Shown in pieces: positions 1 to 14,229 of a stretch of DNA of 64,000 nt. The stretch spans positions 97,340,001 to 97,404,000 of the forward strand of contig OX597821.1 in NCBI GenBank assembly GCA_951406725.2, written 5' to 3'. How positions within the stretch are numbered: position 1 is the first letter of the stretch; each line of letters begins with the position of its first letter. Position numbers and translations under genes: made by a program. The stretch is from Octopus vulgaris. Taxonomy: Eukaryota. The notes beneath the pieces are model-generated. The model was not told the DNA's origin. It was given only the letters and a program-made list of their open reading frames with translations, and ran no database searches.

Positions 1-68
1 TAGAGCACACAATGTTCCTGAAGGTCGGCAATGGTCTTCCTCGGTCACGAGTGGACGGCCATCATCAT
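1..68 (+). mobile_element. 3' end of an RTE-clade LINE
   Basis: gtcttcctcggtcacgagtggacggccatcatcat resembles the 3' UTR of the RTE fragment ending near 35610 and ends in a short repeat tail. Confidence 0.45.
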
Positions 69-867
69 GTATGTATGTATGTATGTATATAAGTGACTGT
101 ACTTGTGAATGTGTGTGTATATGTTTTTGTAAAGGTATATTCCATGTGTGAGTTAAGGATCTGGGGCGAACTCAGCATCTTCAAGTCTGTATTAGAAATG
201 TCTAGTTGTTGTTGTTGTTGTTTAGTCACAGATCAAGCGAAACCCAGCAGACATATAATCAAAAATATTTCCACCATGACTATCTCATATTAGTTTTTTG
301 AGGATATCTAGAACTATTATAATCTAATGTGTCCTCTTTTTTTAAACGGTAGGGTGTTATTTGAGAGTGAGTCAGTTGCTATTTCTAGCTGGTTGAGAGG
401 GTCTCCATCAAGTTGTTAGCAAAACTTGACTTAAACAAACTCTTCACAGGATTTATATAGTAACCTGAGTAAGAGAGCTTATGAATAATATTTTCAGGGG
501 AAAAATACTACTCAAATAGCAGCAAACATGCCTAACCCTGTCGAGAAAACCCTCCTGTAAAGCCAACAATGAAATGTGTATATGGTTGCTTGACCTGCTA
601 GAAGTAGCTTCTAAATCTTCCTCAAATTATATTCTAAAAAGGAAATACATATTGAATGATGTAGTTTGAGATACACTAAAAAAAAAAGGCTGAATACTCA
701 CAGCTGGACTCCTTTGGTTGTATGCCTACTGGATAAGAGGCATACAACAATAACAACAACAACAACAACAACAATGATATTTTCCCTACATTTTTCAAAA
801 TCAGTAACTCACAAACTGTTAAGAATTTTACTTTTTAGTGAGAATATATGCTTCATAATTGTTTTTG

Positions 868-1167
868 TTTGTTCCTTCTCAAAACATGTCTGGCTCATAA
901 TGGCCGGTTTCCCGGTTCTTTGGCATATAGGTTCCCCACCTGGACGGGACGTCAGTCCATCACAGGTGAGCTGCAAAATGCAGGAGGAAAGAGTGAGAGA
1001 AAGTTGTGGTGAAAGAGTCAGCAGAAGTTCGCCATTACTTTCTGCCAGATTCATGTAGGGTTTAGGTGTTTCACTCATAAACACACACATCACCCAGTCT
1101 GAGATTCGAACCCGCAATCCCTCAACCGTGAGTCCACTGCTCTAACCACTAGGCCATGTGCCTCCAC
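868..1167 (-). mobile_element. tRNA-derived SINE, family D head and body with an alternative 3' tail
   Basis: The minus strand has A-box TGGCCTAGTGG and B-box GGTTCGAATC. The body (actctttcaccacaactttctctcactcttt) is shared with 47735-48023 and 50412-50711. Confidence 0.75.
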
Positions 1168-1200
1168 CTTGCTTCATTATACAGTAGGTAAATTTTACTT

Positions 1201-1427
1201 TTAACCCTTTTGATATCAATCCATTTGAGATCACTACTAGTTCTGTGACCCACATTACTTGTCTTAAAGTGATCTAAATTGAAAGCTTCCATCAAAATTG
1301 CTTGTTAATTTATGATCCATTCACCAACTTAATAATGACCAAATTATTTTACTAAATTCTTCATTATTTTCAAAATTAATTGAAACACAAGCAGTATTGT
1401 TCAAAAGAAATATAACAAAAGGGTTAA
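1201..1427. mobile_element. piggyBac-type MITE
   Basis: TTAA-CCCTTTTG...CAAAAGGG-TTAA termini. Related to the nested element at 9113-9342. Confidence 0.75.
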
Positions 1428-1680
1428 CCAAACAAGCAAATATATTTTCGTTATTGTCTTTAAAGCTGAAAAGACTTGTAGTCTAAAATGGCAATGTAAA
1501 TAGATATGTAGAGAGATGAAAAGCACTGTATTTGCTTTACAAAAATGCCAAGAACAAGAATAACCCTGCTCTTTCTAGTGTTAGTTCGGTGGCCTCTAAT
1601 CCTCAAAGGTGGCTGACCTGATACCATCTCAACCCGAGACTCTCATCATTGATGTTATGCCTTCTCCCAGACCCCACACT

Positions 1681-1906
1681 TATTTCTTTATTGCCCACAA
1701 GGGGCTAAACATAGAGGGGACAAACAAGGATAGACAAAGGGATTAAGTCGATTACATCGACCCCAGTGCGTAACTGGTACTTAATTTATCGACCCCGAAA
1801 GGATGAAAGGCAAAGTCAACCATGGCGGAATTTGAACTCAGAACGTAACGGCAGACGAAATACTGCTAAGCATTTCGCCCGGGGTGCTAACGTTTCTGCC
1901 AACTCA
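1681..1906 (-). mobile_element. SINE family A (tRNA-like head, central gcctttcatcctttcggggtcgataaa domain)
   Basis: Near-consensus copy with a probable cccacact target duplication. Roughly 30 full or partial copies occur in the window (e.g. 6808-7007, 9843-10050, 18517-18718, 20490-20925, 21665-22100, 28020-28793, 32920-33355, 42140-42355, 52858-53068, 54051-54262, 58375-59010, 61870-62035). Confidence 0.85.
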
Positions 1907-2309
1907 CCCACACTGACTGCTTTGCCCAGTTTATCTTTTCTCGGACATCATCCCCTACAGTCATCAGTTTGTACCTGTTCAAGAATAACATCAACCATGC
2001 ACACCTCACTAGTCTCAGAGATGAGGTCATGAAGTCCATTGGCACATTCACTTCCTTTAGTAAAAAAGTAGTGGAGAGGAAATTTCAAGGAGACAAAGCT
2101 CTGAAGTAAAAGATTAGTCAAAGGGTTTGGTGCATAGCCTAAAGATACAACATGGTTAACAACAGGTAAGAGACATGTATATTGATGGGCTTTAAACTGC
2201 TGCAGTATTGCTAGAATAGGCACACAGTGAGAAGACGGAGTGTCTGTAAAATAGAGGTTGTAGAGTGTTGGTGGGAAGTCTTGATTAATCAATCATGTAA
2301 CATTTTGGT

Positions 2310-3010
2310 GATAGAGCAATATTGTGTATAACGTTAGTGTGTATGTAATAGCTGTACTGTCCGATATATGTGAGCAGACTAATGGAGTCTAGGATGTTCC
2401 TGTGTGTAGCAACAGCACTGCCCCACTTATATGTGAACAGTACTATAATGTAGTCTAAGCTGTCTATGTAGTAGAAGCACTATCTCAGCTATTTGAGCTG
2501 TACTCTAATGTCATCTCAAACGAATGGTATAGCAGCTGCTCTGTCCAAAATATATGTAAGCAGTGCTGTACTGTAATCTAGTACATTTCTGTATACAGAA
2601 GCATAACTGTTATGTACATTTGAGCAGAATTGTAGTGTTGTCTAGGATGTTTGCATGTAAGCACTGCACTGTACAAAGTATGTAAACAGTACTCTATCAT
2701 AGTCTAGCAACAACACTGTCACGGAAACATGAGCAGTACTCTAATATGGTCTGGGATGTCCATGTATGTGTGTAGCAGAAGCAGTGTAATATGGCCTAGA
2801 ATGTCAGTCTGTAGTAGTAGTACTGTCTGAGATATGTGAACAGTATTGTAACGTAGTCTAGGTTATGTGTGTATGTAACAGCAGCACTGTCCCAGCTATT
2901 TCAGTAGTACTCCAATGTGGTCTATGATTTCTGTATGTAACTGTGAAGCTGTTCAAAATATGTGAGCAGTACTGTTGTGTAGTCTAGGATGTTTAGCGTG
3001 TAGCAGGAAT
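2310..3010. repeat. Diverged tandem repeat, about 60-65 bp unit, roughly 11 copies
   Basis: Recurring motifs gtagcagcagcactgtcc, atatgtgagcagtact and gtagtctaggatgt. About three more units lie at 38110-38290. Confidence 0.75.
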
Positions 3011-3247
3011 TCCATCTCAGTTTTCATAAATAAGACATTGAAAAGTTAAAACTGTCTCATTTGCATCTTTTTTCATCCTAGAAGCCAAAATAGTTAATGA
3101 AACATTGGATCTGTAGATCACACCTTGTTATCTGACCGATTATCTCATCCCACAACTTTGCTCTATATAGAACTACACAACACCAACAACAAAAGTTCTA
3201 TTTAAATTAACAGATCTGAACTTGTTTTGAAAAATAAAAGGAATGTA

Positions 3248-3660
3248 TAGGTGCAGGTGTGGTTGTGTGGTAAGAAGTTTGCTTCTTAACCACATGGTTC
3301 CAGGTTCACTCCCACTGTATGGCACCTTGGGTAGGTGTCTTCTTCTATAGTCTCAGGCTCATCAAAGCCTTGTGAATGGATTTGGTGGACAGGGACTGTG
3401 GCAGGCCAGTCATATGTGTGTGTGTGTGTGTGTGTGGAGGGGTGCCTTTGTGTCTGTGTCCCCCCACTACTGCTTGACAACCAGTGTTGGTATGTTTACA
3501 TCCCTGCAACTTAGCAGGTCTGCAAAAAAGATACTGATAGAATAAGTACCGGGCTTTAAAAAATAAAAACTGGGGTTGATTCATTTGACTAAACATCCTT
3601 CAAGGTGGTGCCCCAGCATGGCCACAATCGAATGACTGAAACAAGCAAAAGATAAAAGAT
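3248..3660 (+). mobile_element. SINE family B (tRNA head, CORE-like domain, internal microsatellite, CR1-like tail)
   Basis: Head ggtgcaggtgtggttgtgtggtaag, CORE-like ggcaccttgggtaggtgtcttc, tail ccagcatggccac...gactgaaacaag. Confidence 0.8.
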
Positions 3661-3715
3661 ACTACCAGATACACACACACACATGCAGTTATATACATAT
3701 GTATACACACACTCA

Positions 3716-4456
<741 letters not shown>

Positions 4457-6009
4457 TGGGGTGTATTTCTTTATTGATTACTTCATTCAGAACACATCCA
4501 TCAATCTATGAAAAAGGAAATCAGAATTTAGAGAATGAAATTGCAATATTTCTTGAACTTGTTGGCTCCAATTACATTACTAGTGGAACAGTCCTGAATC
4601 CAAAGGGGAGCTACTGTGTAGGAGCTTGACTACTAAAAATAGCAGCTGGATCTCATTTGAACAACTCTCCACCATCCAAAAGGGAAGATAAGGATATATA
4701 CATTGGACAATGTGGTCCTTATCACTGTTGCTCCCTTTAATGATGTTGTCATAAAAACTGAGATGTTTGGAAATCAAAGTGTTTCAAGCCAACAAAGGAA
4801 ACTTCTATGCAGTCACTCAACTTGCTAGAAATAGCAACCAAATCTCCCTCATGTCACACCCTACTGTCCTGAAAAAAAGGAAAGCATAGATTCAGTCATG
4901 CTGTCCGAGATACAATATGTTGGAAGAAAAATAGAATGAAAGACAAGGATAGTCATGATTGGAATGTATTTGATTAAAGGCCTGTTTGATCAGGGTTGAT
5001 TAAGGGCTAAACAATACAACAACAATAACAAACAGTATTTAGGAAATAATGACATGGTAGATATGACTTTGTTTGTTTGTTTGGGGTTGCTTTTTATGTG
5101 TTGTTTAATGACACAACTATTCCTATTCTTTTGCTTATTGATTCACTCTTCTGACCGATACTTCTTCCTTCCTTCACTACTCGGCCATTATATTGATTTC
5201 ACTTGGCACACGGCCCGCTACCAAAGAGCCAAGGGTTACAGTCAATACAACCGACCTCACTCTCAAACTACAAGATACTTTTTCATTCTCAATAATTCAG
5301 TTCGCCATTTTTTATGTTATTTGTGTGTGTCTTTTTTTTTTTTCTCTTTAAATTATTTAGTCAGCGGAGTAGCTGTGGATGGAGGTGGTGTAATGCCTAT
5401 GACTCTTTGATGTCCCCCCTCCACACCTTCCCAGACTGATGTGCTAGATGGAGCTATGTTCAGCTTGAAATTTTGCACGTCAGAGCCTGTAGGGAAAAGT
5501 CGAGTGGAGGGGGAGCAAAAGAGACGAGGGAAATTTCTAGGAGGCGGGGACAGAGAAGTGAAACAGTTGGGGGTGATAAGAGGGGAAGCAGGTTAATTGG
5601 GTAAGCTTTAATGATCATAATACAGAACTGGGTACATCACCTGTTTAATCATAAATCTGCAACACTATAACCATAACATACTACACCACTACATACAATA
5701 ACCATTCTATACCACAACCACTTCTCACTGCATCAACACTCTACATCACCACATACTACAGTTGCTTTGTACTACAACAACAACAGGTTCATCAAAGATG
5801 CCCTTTTAGTGTGGTCCAGTTCAAGTGAGTGTAGACCAATGGGTCCCAACCAGGGTTCATATGATGCTTGAGGGTCCACTTGATTCTTGGTGGGTGAGGT
5901 CCATATAACCCTTGGAGGGGGTCCATACAAGATTTTTTTTTTGTTAAAATTTATGTGCAATAAATTTCTTATATTTCTTCATTCACCAAATAGCTTTACT
6001 CCTTTTTTT

Positions 6010-6225
6010 TTTTACTCTTTTTTTTACTTGTTTCAGTCATTTGACTGTGGCCATGCTGGAGCACCGCCTTTAGTCGAACAAATCAACCCCGGGACTTATT
6101 CTTTTGTAAGCCCAGTACTTATTCTATCGGTCTCTTTTGCCAAACCGCTAAGTGACGGGGACGTAAACACACCAGCATCGGTTGTCAAGCAATGCTAAGG
6201 GGACCAACACAGACACACAAACCCT

Positions 6226-6314
<89 letters not shown>

Positions 6315-6415
6315 TACGACAGGCTTCTTTCAGTTTCCATCTACCAAATCCACTCACAAGGCTTTGGTCGGCCCGAGGCTATAGCAGATGACACTTGCCC
6401 AAGATGCTATGCAGC
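6010..6415 (-). mobile_element. SINE family B, head truncated
   Basis: Reverse complement of the 8004-8400 and 45418-45850 copies, with expanded internal (CA)n(TA)n. Confidence 0.85.
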
Positions 6416-7009
6416 TTAACAATTTTTTTTATGAAATTCATAATGATTCTAAAAATATGATGGGAATTTTTTTAAAGATCAAATGGCTATGAAGATCCAC
6501 CTGAGAAAAATAAAAATTGAAGTGGTCTGGAGGTAAAAGATTGTTAAGTATCACTGATATAGACTGTTGTAACAGTGATAGTAGAGAGAGAGAGAGAGAT
6601 AGTAGAGAGAGAGAGAGAGTATCTTGGTACACTAGAAGAGATGATAATACTGGTTATTATCATCACCATCAGCAACACTATCAGAATCACCACCATTTCC
6701 ACCACTACCACCACCACAGGCACAGTATCTTTCTCACAGAGTGTAATGTGCCTGAGTAGTGTATACAAATAAGTTCATTACTACTACTATTACTACTACT
6801 ACTACTAAGGCAGCCAGCTGGCAGAATCATTTGGACACCAAGCAAAATGCTTAGCAGCATTTCGTCTGAGTTCAAATCCAACCAAGGTTGACTTTGCCTT
6901 CCATCTTTTCGAGGTCAATAAAATAACTACCAATTGGGCATTTGGGTCGATATAATCAACTTATTCCTTCCCCTCAAACTTGCTGGCTTTGTGCCAAAAT
7001 TTGAAACTC

Positions 7010-7010
7010 T

Positions 7011-7082
<72 letters not shown>

Positions 7083-7133
7083 CATTACTACTACTACTAC
7101 TACTACTACTACTATTACTACTTTTACTACTAC
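7010..7133. repeat. (ACT)n microsatellite
   Basis: Seen directly, following a family A SINE. Confidence 0.95.
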
Positions 7134-7279
7134 TGGAGTATTACCTGTCATATCATAAGTAACTTTGAAAGAATACATTTACCAGTATAGGCAATATAAG
7201 AAAATACGGGATGCATACAATAATTATAATTTAACGTCAATCTGCATCTTTTATGTTAACTTTTTACTCTCTCTCCACT

Positions 7280-7701
7280 ACCTATTTCTTTATTACTCAC
7301 AAGGGGCTAAACACAGAGGGGACAAACAAGGACAGACATAGGTATTAAGTCGATTACATCGACCCCAGTGCGTAACGGGTACTTAATTTATCGACCCCGA
7401 AAGGATGAAAGCCAGAGTCGACCTCGGTGGAATTTGAACTCACAACATAACGGCAGGCGAAATACTTATTTCTTTATTACCCACAAGGGGCTAAACACAG
7501 AGGGGACAAACAAGGACAGACATAGGTATTAAGTCGATTACATCGACCCCAGTGCGTAACGGGTACTTAATTTATCGACCCCGAAAGGATGAAAGGCAAA
7601 GTCGACCTCGGCGGAATTTGAACTCACAATGTAACGGCAGACGAAATACCGCTGCTAAGCATTTCGCCTGGCGTGCTAACGTTTCTGCTAGCTCGCCGCC
7701 C
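7280..7701 (-). mobile_element. SINE family A tandem dimer
   Basis: A full unit followed by a headless second unit, joined at aaagaaataa|gtatttcg. Confidence 0.85.
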
Positions 7702-8003
7702 ATACTTTCTGTATATGATGTAAAGCATGACTGGATAAATCAACCAACCAACCAGCCAGCCAGCCAGCCAGCCAGCCAAAATTTATTTCAGCTATTATTA
7801 AATAGAGACTAAGGCAACAAGTTGGCAGAATCATTAGCACACTGGACAAAATGCTTAGCAGTTTTTCTTCTGGTTTTACATTCTGAGTTTAAATGCCACT
7901 GAGATTGATTTTGCCTTTCATCCTTTCAGAATCAATAAGTAGCAGTTGAGCACCGGGAGGAGTGGGGTCAGTGTAATCAAGTAACCCCTTCCCTGAAAAT
8001 CTT

Positions 8004-8400
8004 AGGCGCAGGAGTGGCTGTGTGGTAAGTAGCTTGCTTACCAACCACATGGTTCTGGGTTCAGTCCCACTGCGTGGCATCTTGGGCAAGTGTCTTCTGC
8101 TATAGCCTCGGGCCGACCAATGCCTTGTGAGTGGATTTGGTAGACGGAAACTGAAAGAAGCCTGTCGTATATATGTATATATATGTATGTATGTGTATGT
8201 ATATGTTTTTGTGTTTGTGTTTGTCCCTCTAGCATTGCTTGACAACCCGTCACTCTAAGCGGTTCGGCAAAAGAGACCGATAGAATAAGTACTGGGCTTA
8301 CAAAGAATAAGTCCCGGGGTCGATTTGCTCGACTAAAAGCGGTGCTCCAGCATGGCTGCAGTCAAATGACTGAAACAAGTAAAAGAGTAAGAGTAAAAGA
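8004..8400 (+). mobile_element. SINE family B nested in a family A copy (7812-8428)
   Basis: Full head-to-tail copy. The family A tail (gcccctgtgccaatattagaaagaattatt) resumes after it. Confidence 0.85.
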
Positions 8401-9097
8401 GCCCCTGTGCCAATATTAGAAAGAATTATTAACTAGAGATTATCATTAGGAAGTTAGCAAATATGAGGATAAAAAAATATTATGGGGTGGGTTAATACAC
8501 AGGTTGGCATGCAAAAAATGACAACATCAACAGAAAGTGAAGGATTTATGAACATCTTTTTATATTCTCAAAATTTTCAACTTTAAAAGCTTCTGTCTCT
8601 GCAACCCTCTCGGAATTATTCCATGACCTAATTTAGTTAGTCAACCCACTGATCTGCACAGTTCAGCTTCTCTCATACATGCTGTTGTATTGATTTTTTC
8701 AACTTTGACACAGTGTCATAAAATTTTGATGGATGGGCATGGTGAATTTGATCTGATACTTATTTTTATCAGTTCAGGTGGTGGTGTGCAAAGGAGGGAG
8801 GCTCTAACTGGTGACTTGAAATTCTAGAAATAATATCTAAATCCCACCTCAAATTGTATATTGTTGCTTTTATCTTGGATTTGTTATGTTTAAATGGCAA
8901 AGGTGGTAGCAGTGGTAGCAACACTCCGTCAACAACACCTCACCGGCAACATCACTTACACAAAATCACAGAAACACTTCTACCCCAACAACATCACACC
9001 AGCAGGACTACACAAACAGCCATGCTGCTAATGCTATTTAAGTTTTATAAGCACCAGTGTAAAAAGTGAAAAACTGATTCTTTACGAACAACTTCAC

Positions 9098-9550
9098 TTA
9101 ATTCTTTAGCATTTAACCCTTTTGTTACCATATTTCTGTTGAGATGCTCTGTGTTTCTTTCAACTATTTTAAATATAACAATGAATTTAGAAAAATAACT
9201 TAGCTATCATTAAGCTGGTGTTTACGAACATAAACTGTGACTAAGGTTTGGTGGAAGATTTTAATTCAAAACTTATGAAAAGAAGACATTTGTACTACAG
9301 AGCCAGAGCCGGTTTCAGCTGGGTTAGTAACGAAAAGGTTAAACCAGTCATTCCAGCCAACATATTCTACCTGCCTTATGTTCAGACTGGCCATATCTGG
9401 CCTCTCACATCTATCCTACAATGTCATTCTAAAAATATACAATCACATCATTGAAATCTCAAAGCCAAAAGATTATGCAAGATTAATTCAAAACAATATG
9501 AATAAATAATTATTACACTTGACAGAGTAATCTGAATGCTAAAGGATTAA
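9098..9550. mobile_element. piggyBac-type MITE with a second piggyBac-type MITE (9113-9342) inserted in its internal TTAA
   Basis: The outer element matches 16065-16292. The inner element reads TTAA-CCCTTTTGTTAC...GTAACGAAAAGG-TTAA. Confidence 0.8.
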
Positions 9551-9800
9551 GACACATTAAGTCTCTGTCACTGTTGCCATCAAAAATGCCGTAAGCCAGT
9601 GATTGTCTCACTGGGAACATGCAATCAACAGTGCTGTTGTTCACAAACATTTAGCATAAACCAGACAAAAAAAAACAACTTATAATTCTGTACCCATAAC
9701 CGCTTTGGTGATAAGGTGCTAACCCTACTACTACTGTGTATTGCACAAACTCGTGTACTTTTTCTGACACTCCTTATCACCACACTTGCTACGCTCTAAC

Positions 9801-9842
<42 letters not shown>

Positions 9843-10099
9843 TCTTTCTAATTTTGCCAAAAGGCTCACAGTTTTGAAGTGAGTGGAGGGAGTTAATTTC
9901 TTCAACCCCAGTACTTGACTGGTTCTTTATTTCATCAATTCTGTATGGCTGAAAGGCAAAGTCAGCCTCACAGAATTTGAACTCAGAACATAAAGAATTG
10001 AAGAAATGCCATTAAACATTTTGTCCAATATACTAATAACTCTGTCAATTTGTCACTGTAATAATAATAGTAATAATAAGAATAATAATAATAATAATA

Positions 10100-10895
10100 A
10101 GGAACAACGGAGTATTGAGAGCAGAGTAAAAAGAAAAACAAAGGAAGAAGTACAAAAGGGACATGAAGAAGAATTATGCAAGAAGGGACTACACAATCAA
10201 CTCCATGTAGCCACAACAGAAGTTGCTGGGAAAAAATAGGTGATATTGGGTGATGAAAGGGACCCTAAAAAAAGAGACTGAGAGCACTATACTGGCAGTG
10301 CAGGACCAATCTCTGGCCATGAACTGGAGGGTCAACCTGAGGAATGAGCAAGTGTTTCCGCTGTGGTGCATCTGCTAAAGAGTGGATGAAACCATTGCCT
10401 ATATCACGAACAAATGCCCTAGACTTGCCCAAAACCACTACAGGTTGTGGTGACATGCCCAGGTAATGAAAGTGCTCCATTTGAAACTGTGCAAAAAGTG
10501 GGTCCTAGAGAGAGGCAAAACATGGTATGAGCACAAACCACAGAGAGTGGCAGAGTCAGAGACTAACAAAATCCTCTGGGATTTCCCAATCCAAATAATT
10601 CAGGTGCTAGAGCATAATAGACAGGACCTATTGGTGGTGGACAAGGTGCATCACATATGCTATGCAGTTGATGTTGCAAATAGTCAAGAAAGAAGGCAAA
10701 AAGATAAATAGATACAACCCTCTTAAATACGAAATAACCCAGCTATGGAAAATGAAGAAGGTGAAGATAGTGCCAATATAATCAGGAAAGTATTAGATAG
10801 CTGAAAAGAACAAATAGCATGGTACCGTAGGTTGCAGGTAGTAAGTTCACTATGCATGCAAGACTCCAGGAGCTCCGACAACACCTGTGATAAAG
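10100..10895 (+). mobile_element. R4/Dong-clade non-LTR retrotransposon, degenerate 3' fragment (zinc knuckle plus restriction-like endonuclease)
   Basis: Translates to KGLHNQ, GTLKKETESTILAVQDQSL, DETIAYITNKCPRLAQNHY and KILWDFPIQ..LEHNRQDLLVVDKVHHICYAVDVA. Flanked on both sides by (TAA)n. Confidence 0.85.
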
Positions 10896-11809
10896 AGAAA
10901 ATAATGATGATGATGATGATGATAATGATGATAATAATAATAATAATGATAATAATCCTTTCTATTATAGGCACAAGGCCTGAAATTTGGGAGAAGGGGA
11001 TAGTCAATTACATTGCCTGGCATGCTAACGATTCTGTCAGCTCACTACCTAAATAATAATAATAATCATCATCATCGTTTAACGTCCATTCTCCATGGGT
11101 TGGACGGTTCGACCGGGGATCTGGGAAGCCAGAAGGCTGCACCAGGCTCCAGTCTTATCTGGCAATGTTTCTACAGTGTTTCTAATAATAATAATAATAA
11201 TAATAAAAATAATAATAATAACAGTAATAATAATGATAACAATAATAATAATAACATTTAGAAGTTAATTGTATGTAGTGTTTAGGTACACTACAACTTG
11301 TTGGGAATGGGTAAAAAAGGGGACAGAAAACTACAGTAAGTGAAGTAATGATAGACAGCAATGCTAGCTAAAAGTACATGCATTGTACACAGGATAAGAC
11401 TATGGAGTGGACAGAGGTAAGGGTGCATAAGAACATCAGGAATAGTCTTGGTGAATTTCAGGAAACATGGAATTTTTGGAAGATGCAATATCCTGACATC
11501 TAACAACTGATGCTACAACAATTCTGAATGTAAAAAACTTCTGAAAGTTATAGGTGTTGTGCTATTTATTGATTTTATAAGAATATGCAAGACTATTTAG
11601 ACATATTGACTTCAAAAAGGTGGCCAAAGTCGTTGTTAGAAAGATGGTGGATAATACCCAGTCAGCTACTGGACGAGTGGTTTTTAATTGGGCTTCATAT
11701 TGTCTTTGGGAGTTCAGATAAGATTTTGTTGTTAAAATTTCTGTGAAATAAACTACATATGCTCCTACAAAACATTTTACTGATGTTTTTAATACAATTT
11801 CTAATGATA

Positions 11810-12204
11810 TCTTTATATATAAAAGTAAGGTTGTGTGTCTGTCTCCTACGATTTAGATTCCTAACTACTCCCACATTTTGTGGTGCAGTTTAACCGAAAC
11901 CGGGTATCTTATAGTCGTCATTCATATCGAGCCCTTCTGGGTATTAGCGCGCGTCTACGATGAGTCTACGATTTAAAAAAAATTTACCATCATTTTTTTC
12001 CATTTTAATGCATTTTTTCGCTATTATATAAGGGAAGTAACTCTCTAAAAATGTCTACGATGAGTCAACGATTTAAAAAAAATTTACCATAATTTTTTTT
12101 CCATTTTAATGTATTTTTTTGCTATTTTTTGGCTATAATTCTCTAAAAATGCTTATATAGCTATTTCCCTTACAAACCCGAGCAACGCTGGGCAATACTG
12201 CTAG
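11810..12204 (+). mobile_element. Non-autonomous Helitron
   Basis: Starts A|TC, ends with a cccgagcaacgctggg hairpin and CTAG|T, and has an internal ~100 bp direct repeat. Confidence 0.8.
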
Positions 12205-12439
12205 TTGAATTATAAAAATATAATAGGAGTTTTTAAAACACTGAATGGCTATAAGCTTCCACTCAACTATTATAAAATAGTAACCTAAGTGGGGCATAGG
12301 CAAAAAATAGATTGCAAACCACTGTACTAGACATTGAAATTTTAGTGTGTTGATATCCAGAGAAGCCATACAGTCAAGATATTGTAATTGATTGACAAAG
12401 GGTTGGTTGCACATCTTTGGACAGCTTACAGTAGCATCA

Positions 12440-12650
12440 ATAGAAAAAGAAGTAATTTCTTCTCTTCTCCTCTGGAAGCCATCTACTCGCAATACCAGAG
12501 AGCGCACACTCTCCTACCCTGATGTAATCTCCAGGGATACAGGCATCCAGCAACAGGACCTCCGTAATGCCATGATGAACCGTGAAGTCTGGCGTAGCAT
12601 GGTAAATTCCATTGTCTCGACCACGGTCGAACAATAATGATGATGATGAG
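12440..12650 (+). mobile_element. RTE-clade LINE 3' fragment
   Basis: LLLWKPSTRNTRERTLSYPDVISRDTG...REVWRSMV-stop followed by (TGA)n. Nearly identical to the end of 43835-44175. Confidence 0.8.
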
Positions 12651-12929
12651 CATCAATATTCTGGACAAGATAAGGGTTTCAGACTGGAAATACAAACTTT
12701 AAGTGTGAACATACTATAGCCATACAGAGGTTTTAGTGAATAGCCAGTGAGCAGTTGATAAAGGTCTTACTGAGTGATGCTAAGACAACTTCAGCCTCTC
12801 TTGACAACTTTTGAAGATCCTTTACACTTAGTCTCTCACGGTGCATCTCACTATCTATTCTAGTCAACTTATCTGGTACTCCTCCATAATACCTGTTTCT
12901 TTACTTTTTTTTTTTTTTTTTTAAATATA

Positions 12930-13345
12930 TGTTTCTTTATTACCCACAAGGGGCTAAACATAGAAGGGACAAACAAGGACAGAAAAATGGATTAAGTCGA
13001 TTACATCGACTCCAGTGCGTAACTGGTACTTATTTAATCGACCCCGAAAGGATGAAAGGTAAAGTTGACCGCCGTGGAATTTGAACTCTGAACGTAGAGA
13101 CAGACGATATACCTATTTCTTTATTACCCACAAGGGGCTAAACATAGAAGGGACAAACAAGGACAGAAAAATGGATTAAGTCAATTACATCGACCCCAGT
13201 GCATAACTAGTACTTAATTTATCGACCCCGAAAGGATGAAAGGCAAAGTCGACCTCGGCGGAATTTGAACTCAGAACGTAACGGCAGACGAAATACGGCT
13301 ACGCATTTCGCCCGGCATGCTAAAGGTTCTGCCAGCTCGCCGCCT
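12930..13345 (-). mobile_element. SINE family A tandem dimer
   Basis: Same architecture and junction as 7280-7701. Confidence 0.85.
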
Positions 13346-14151
13346 TAATGTTAACCTTCATAATTCCACTTAGTTTAATTACATCATAACACAGATAACA
13401 GCAGTGATTAATTTACAAAATTAACATAAATTATTATTTTCGCTTTGACGGTGTTGCTTCTGTGCTGCAAATATTTAATGCCAGTTACATTAACTTTAAG
13501 TCTCTGCAATAATGCGGGGCTACCATAGCCTTGTCTTCTCGTTTTGTATCGTGCTTTAATATCTGCTCCCAAAATTAATAATTCATTTTTAGATAATCAG
13601 CGATGTGTTCAATATTATAGAATTTTCAAAAAAACAAAGATAATCAAATATCGCTGTGATACCTAATCTGATTCCTTCTACAATTACTCTTATTCACACA
13701 CACACACCCCTCTCTTTTTCCCCCCCTTCACAGCCACTGTTATCCCACATCTTGCTTGTCAATATATTTATATATAACTTACTGGTGTTGGTTTACTGCT
13801 CCATTTATGTGTGTTTGTTTGTGTATGTGTGTGTTTGTGTGTGTATGTGCTTGTACTATGTGTACTAGTGTATGCTCCTGTATGTTTATGTGCACACACA
13901 CACACATATGCTTGCATTTGCATATATGTATCTCTCTATATATGTACATACATAGATATATGTATGTATGTTTAAGCCATATTTGTTATTTAAACTGTCC
14001 TTATGCATATATATGTGTGTGTATATGTATGTTGGTTATTTAAACAGTCTGTTTGCACTCTGTAAGCTGTTTAAGTATGAAAGGAGGAGGAAGGTAAATT
14101 GGTTGATAGACATATAGATAGATAGGTAGACAGATAAAGAGGGAGAGTGGC

Positions 14152-14229
<78 letters not shown>

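Noticed and set aside
2152-2171. Candidate first exon ATG GTT AAC AAC AG|GTAAGA (phase 2)
   Set aside because: The phase fits but the length does not match the recalled numbering. Similar chance matches exist (e.g. near 11308-11342) and there is no independent support.
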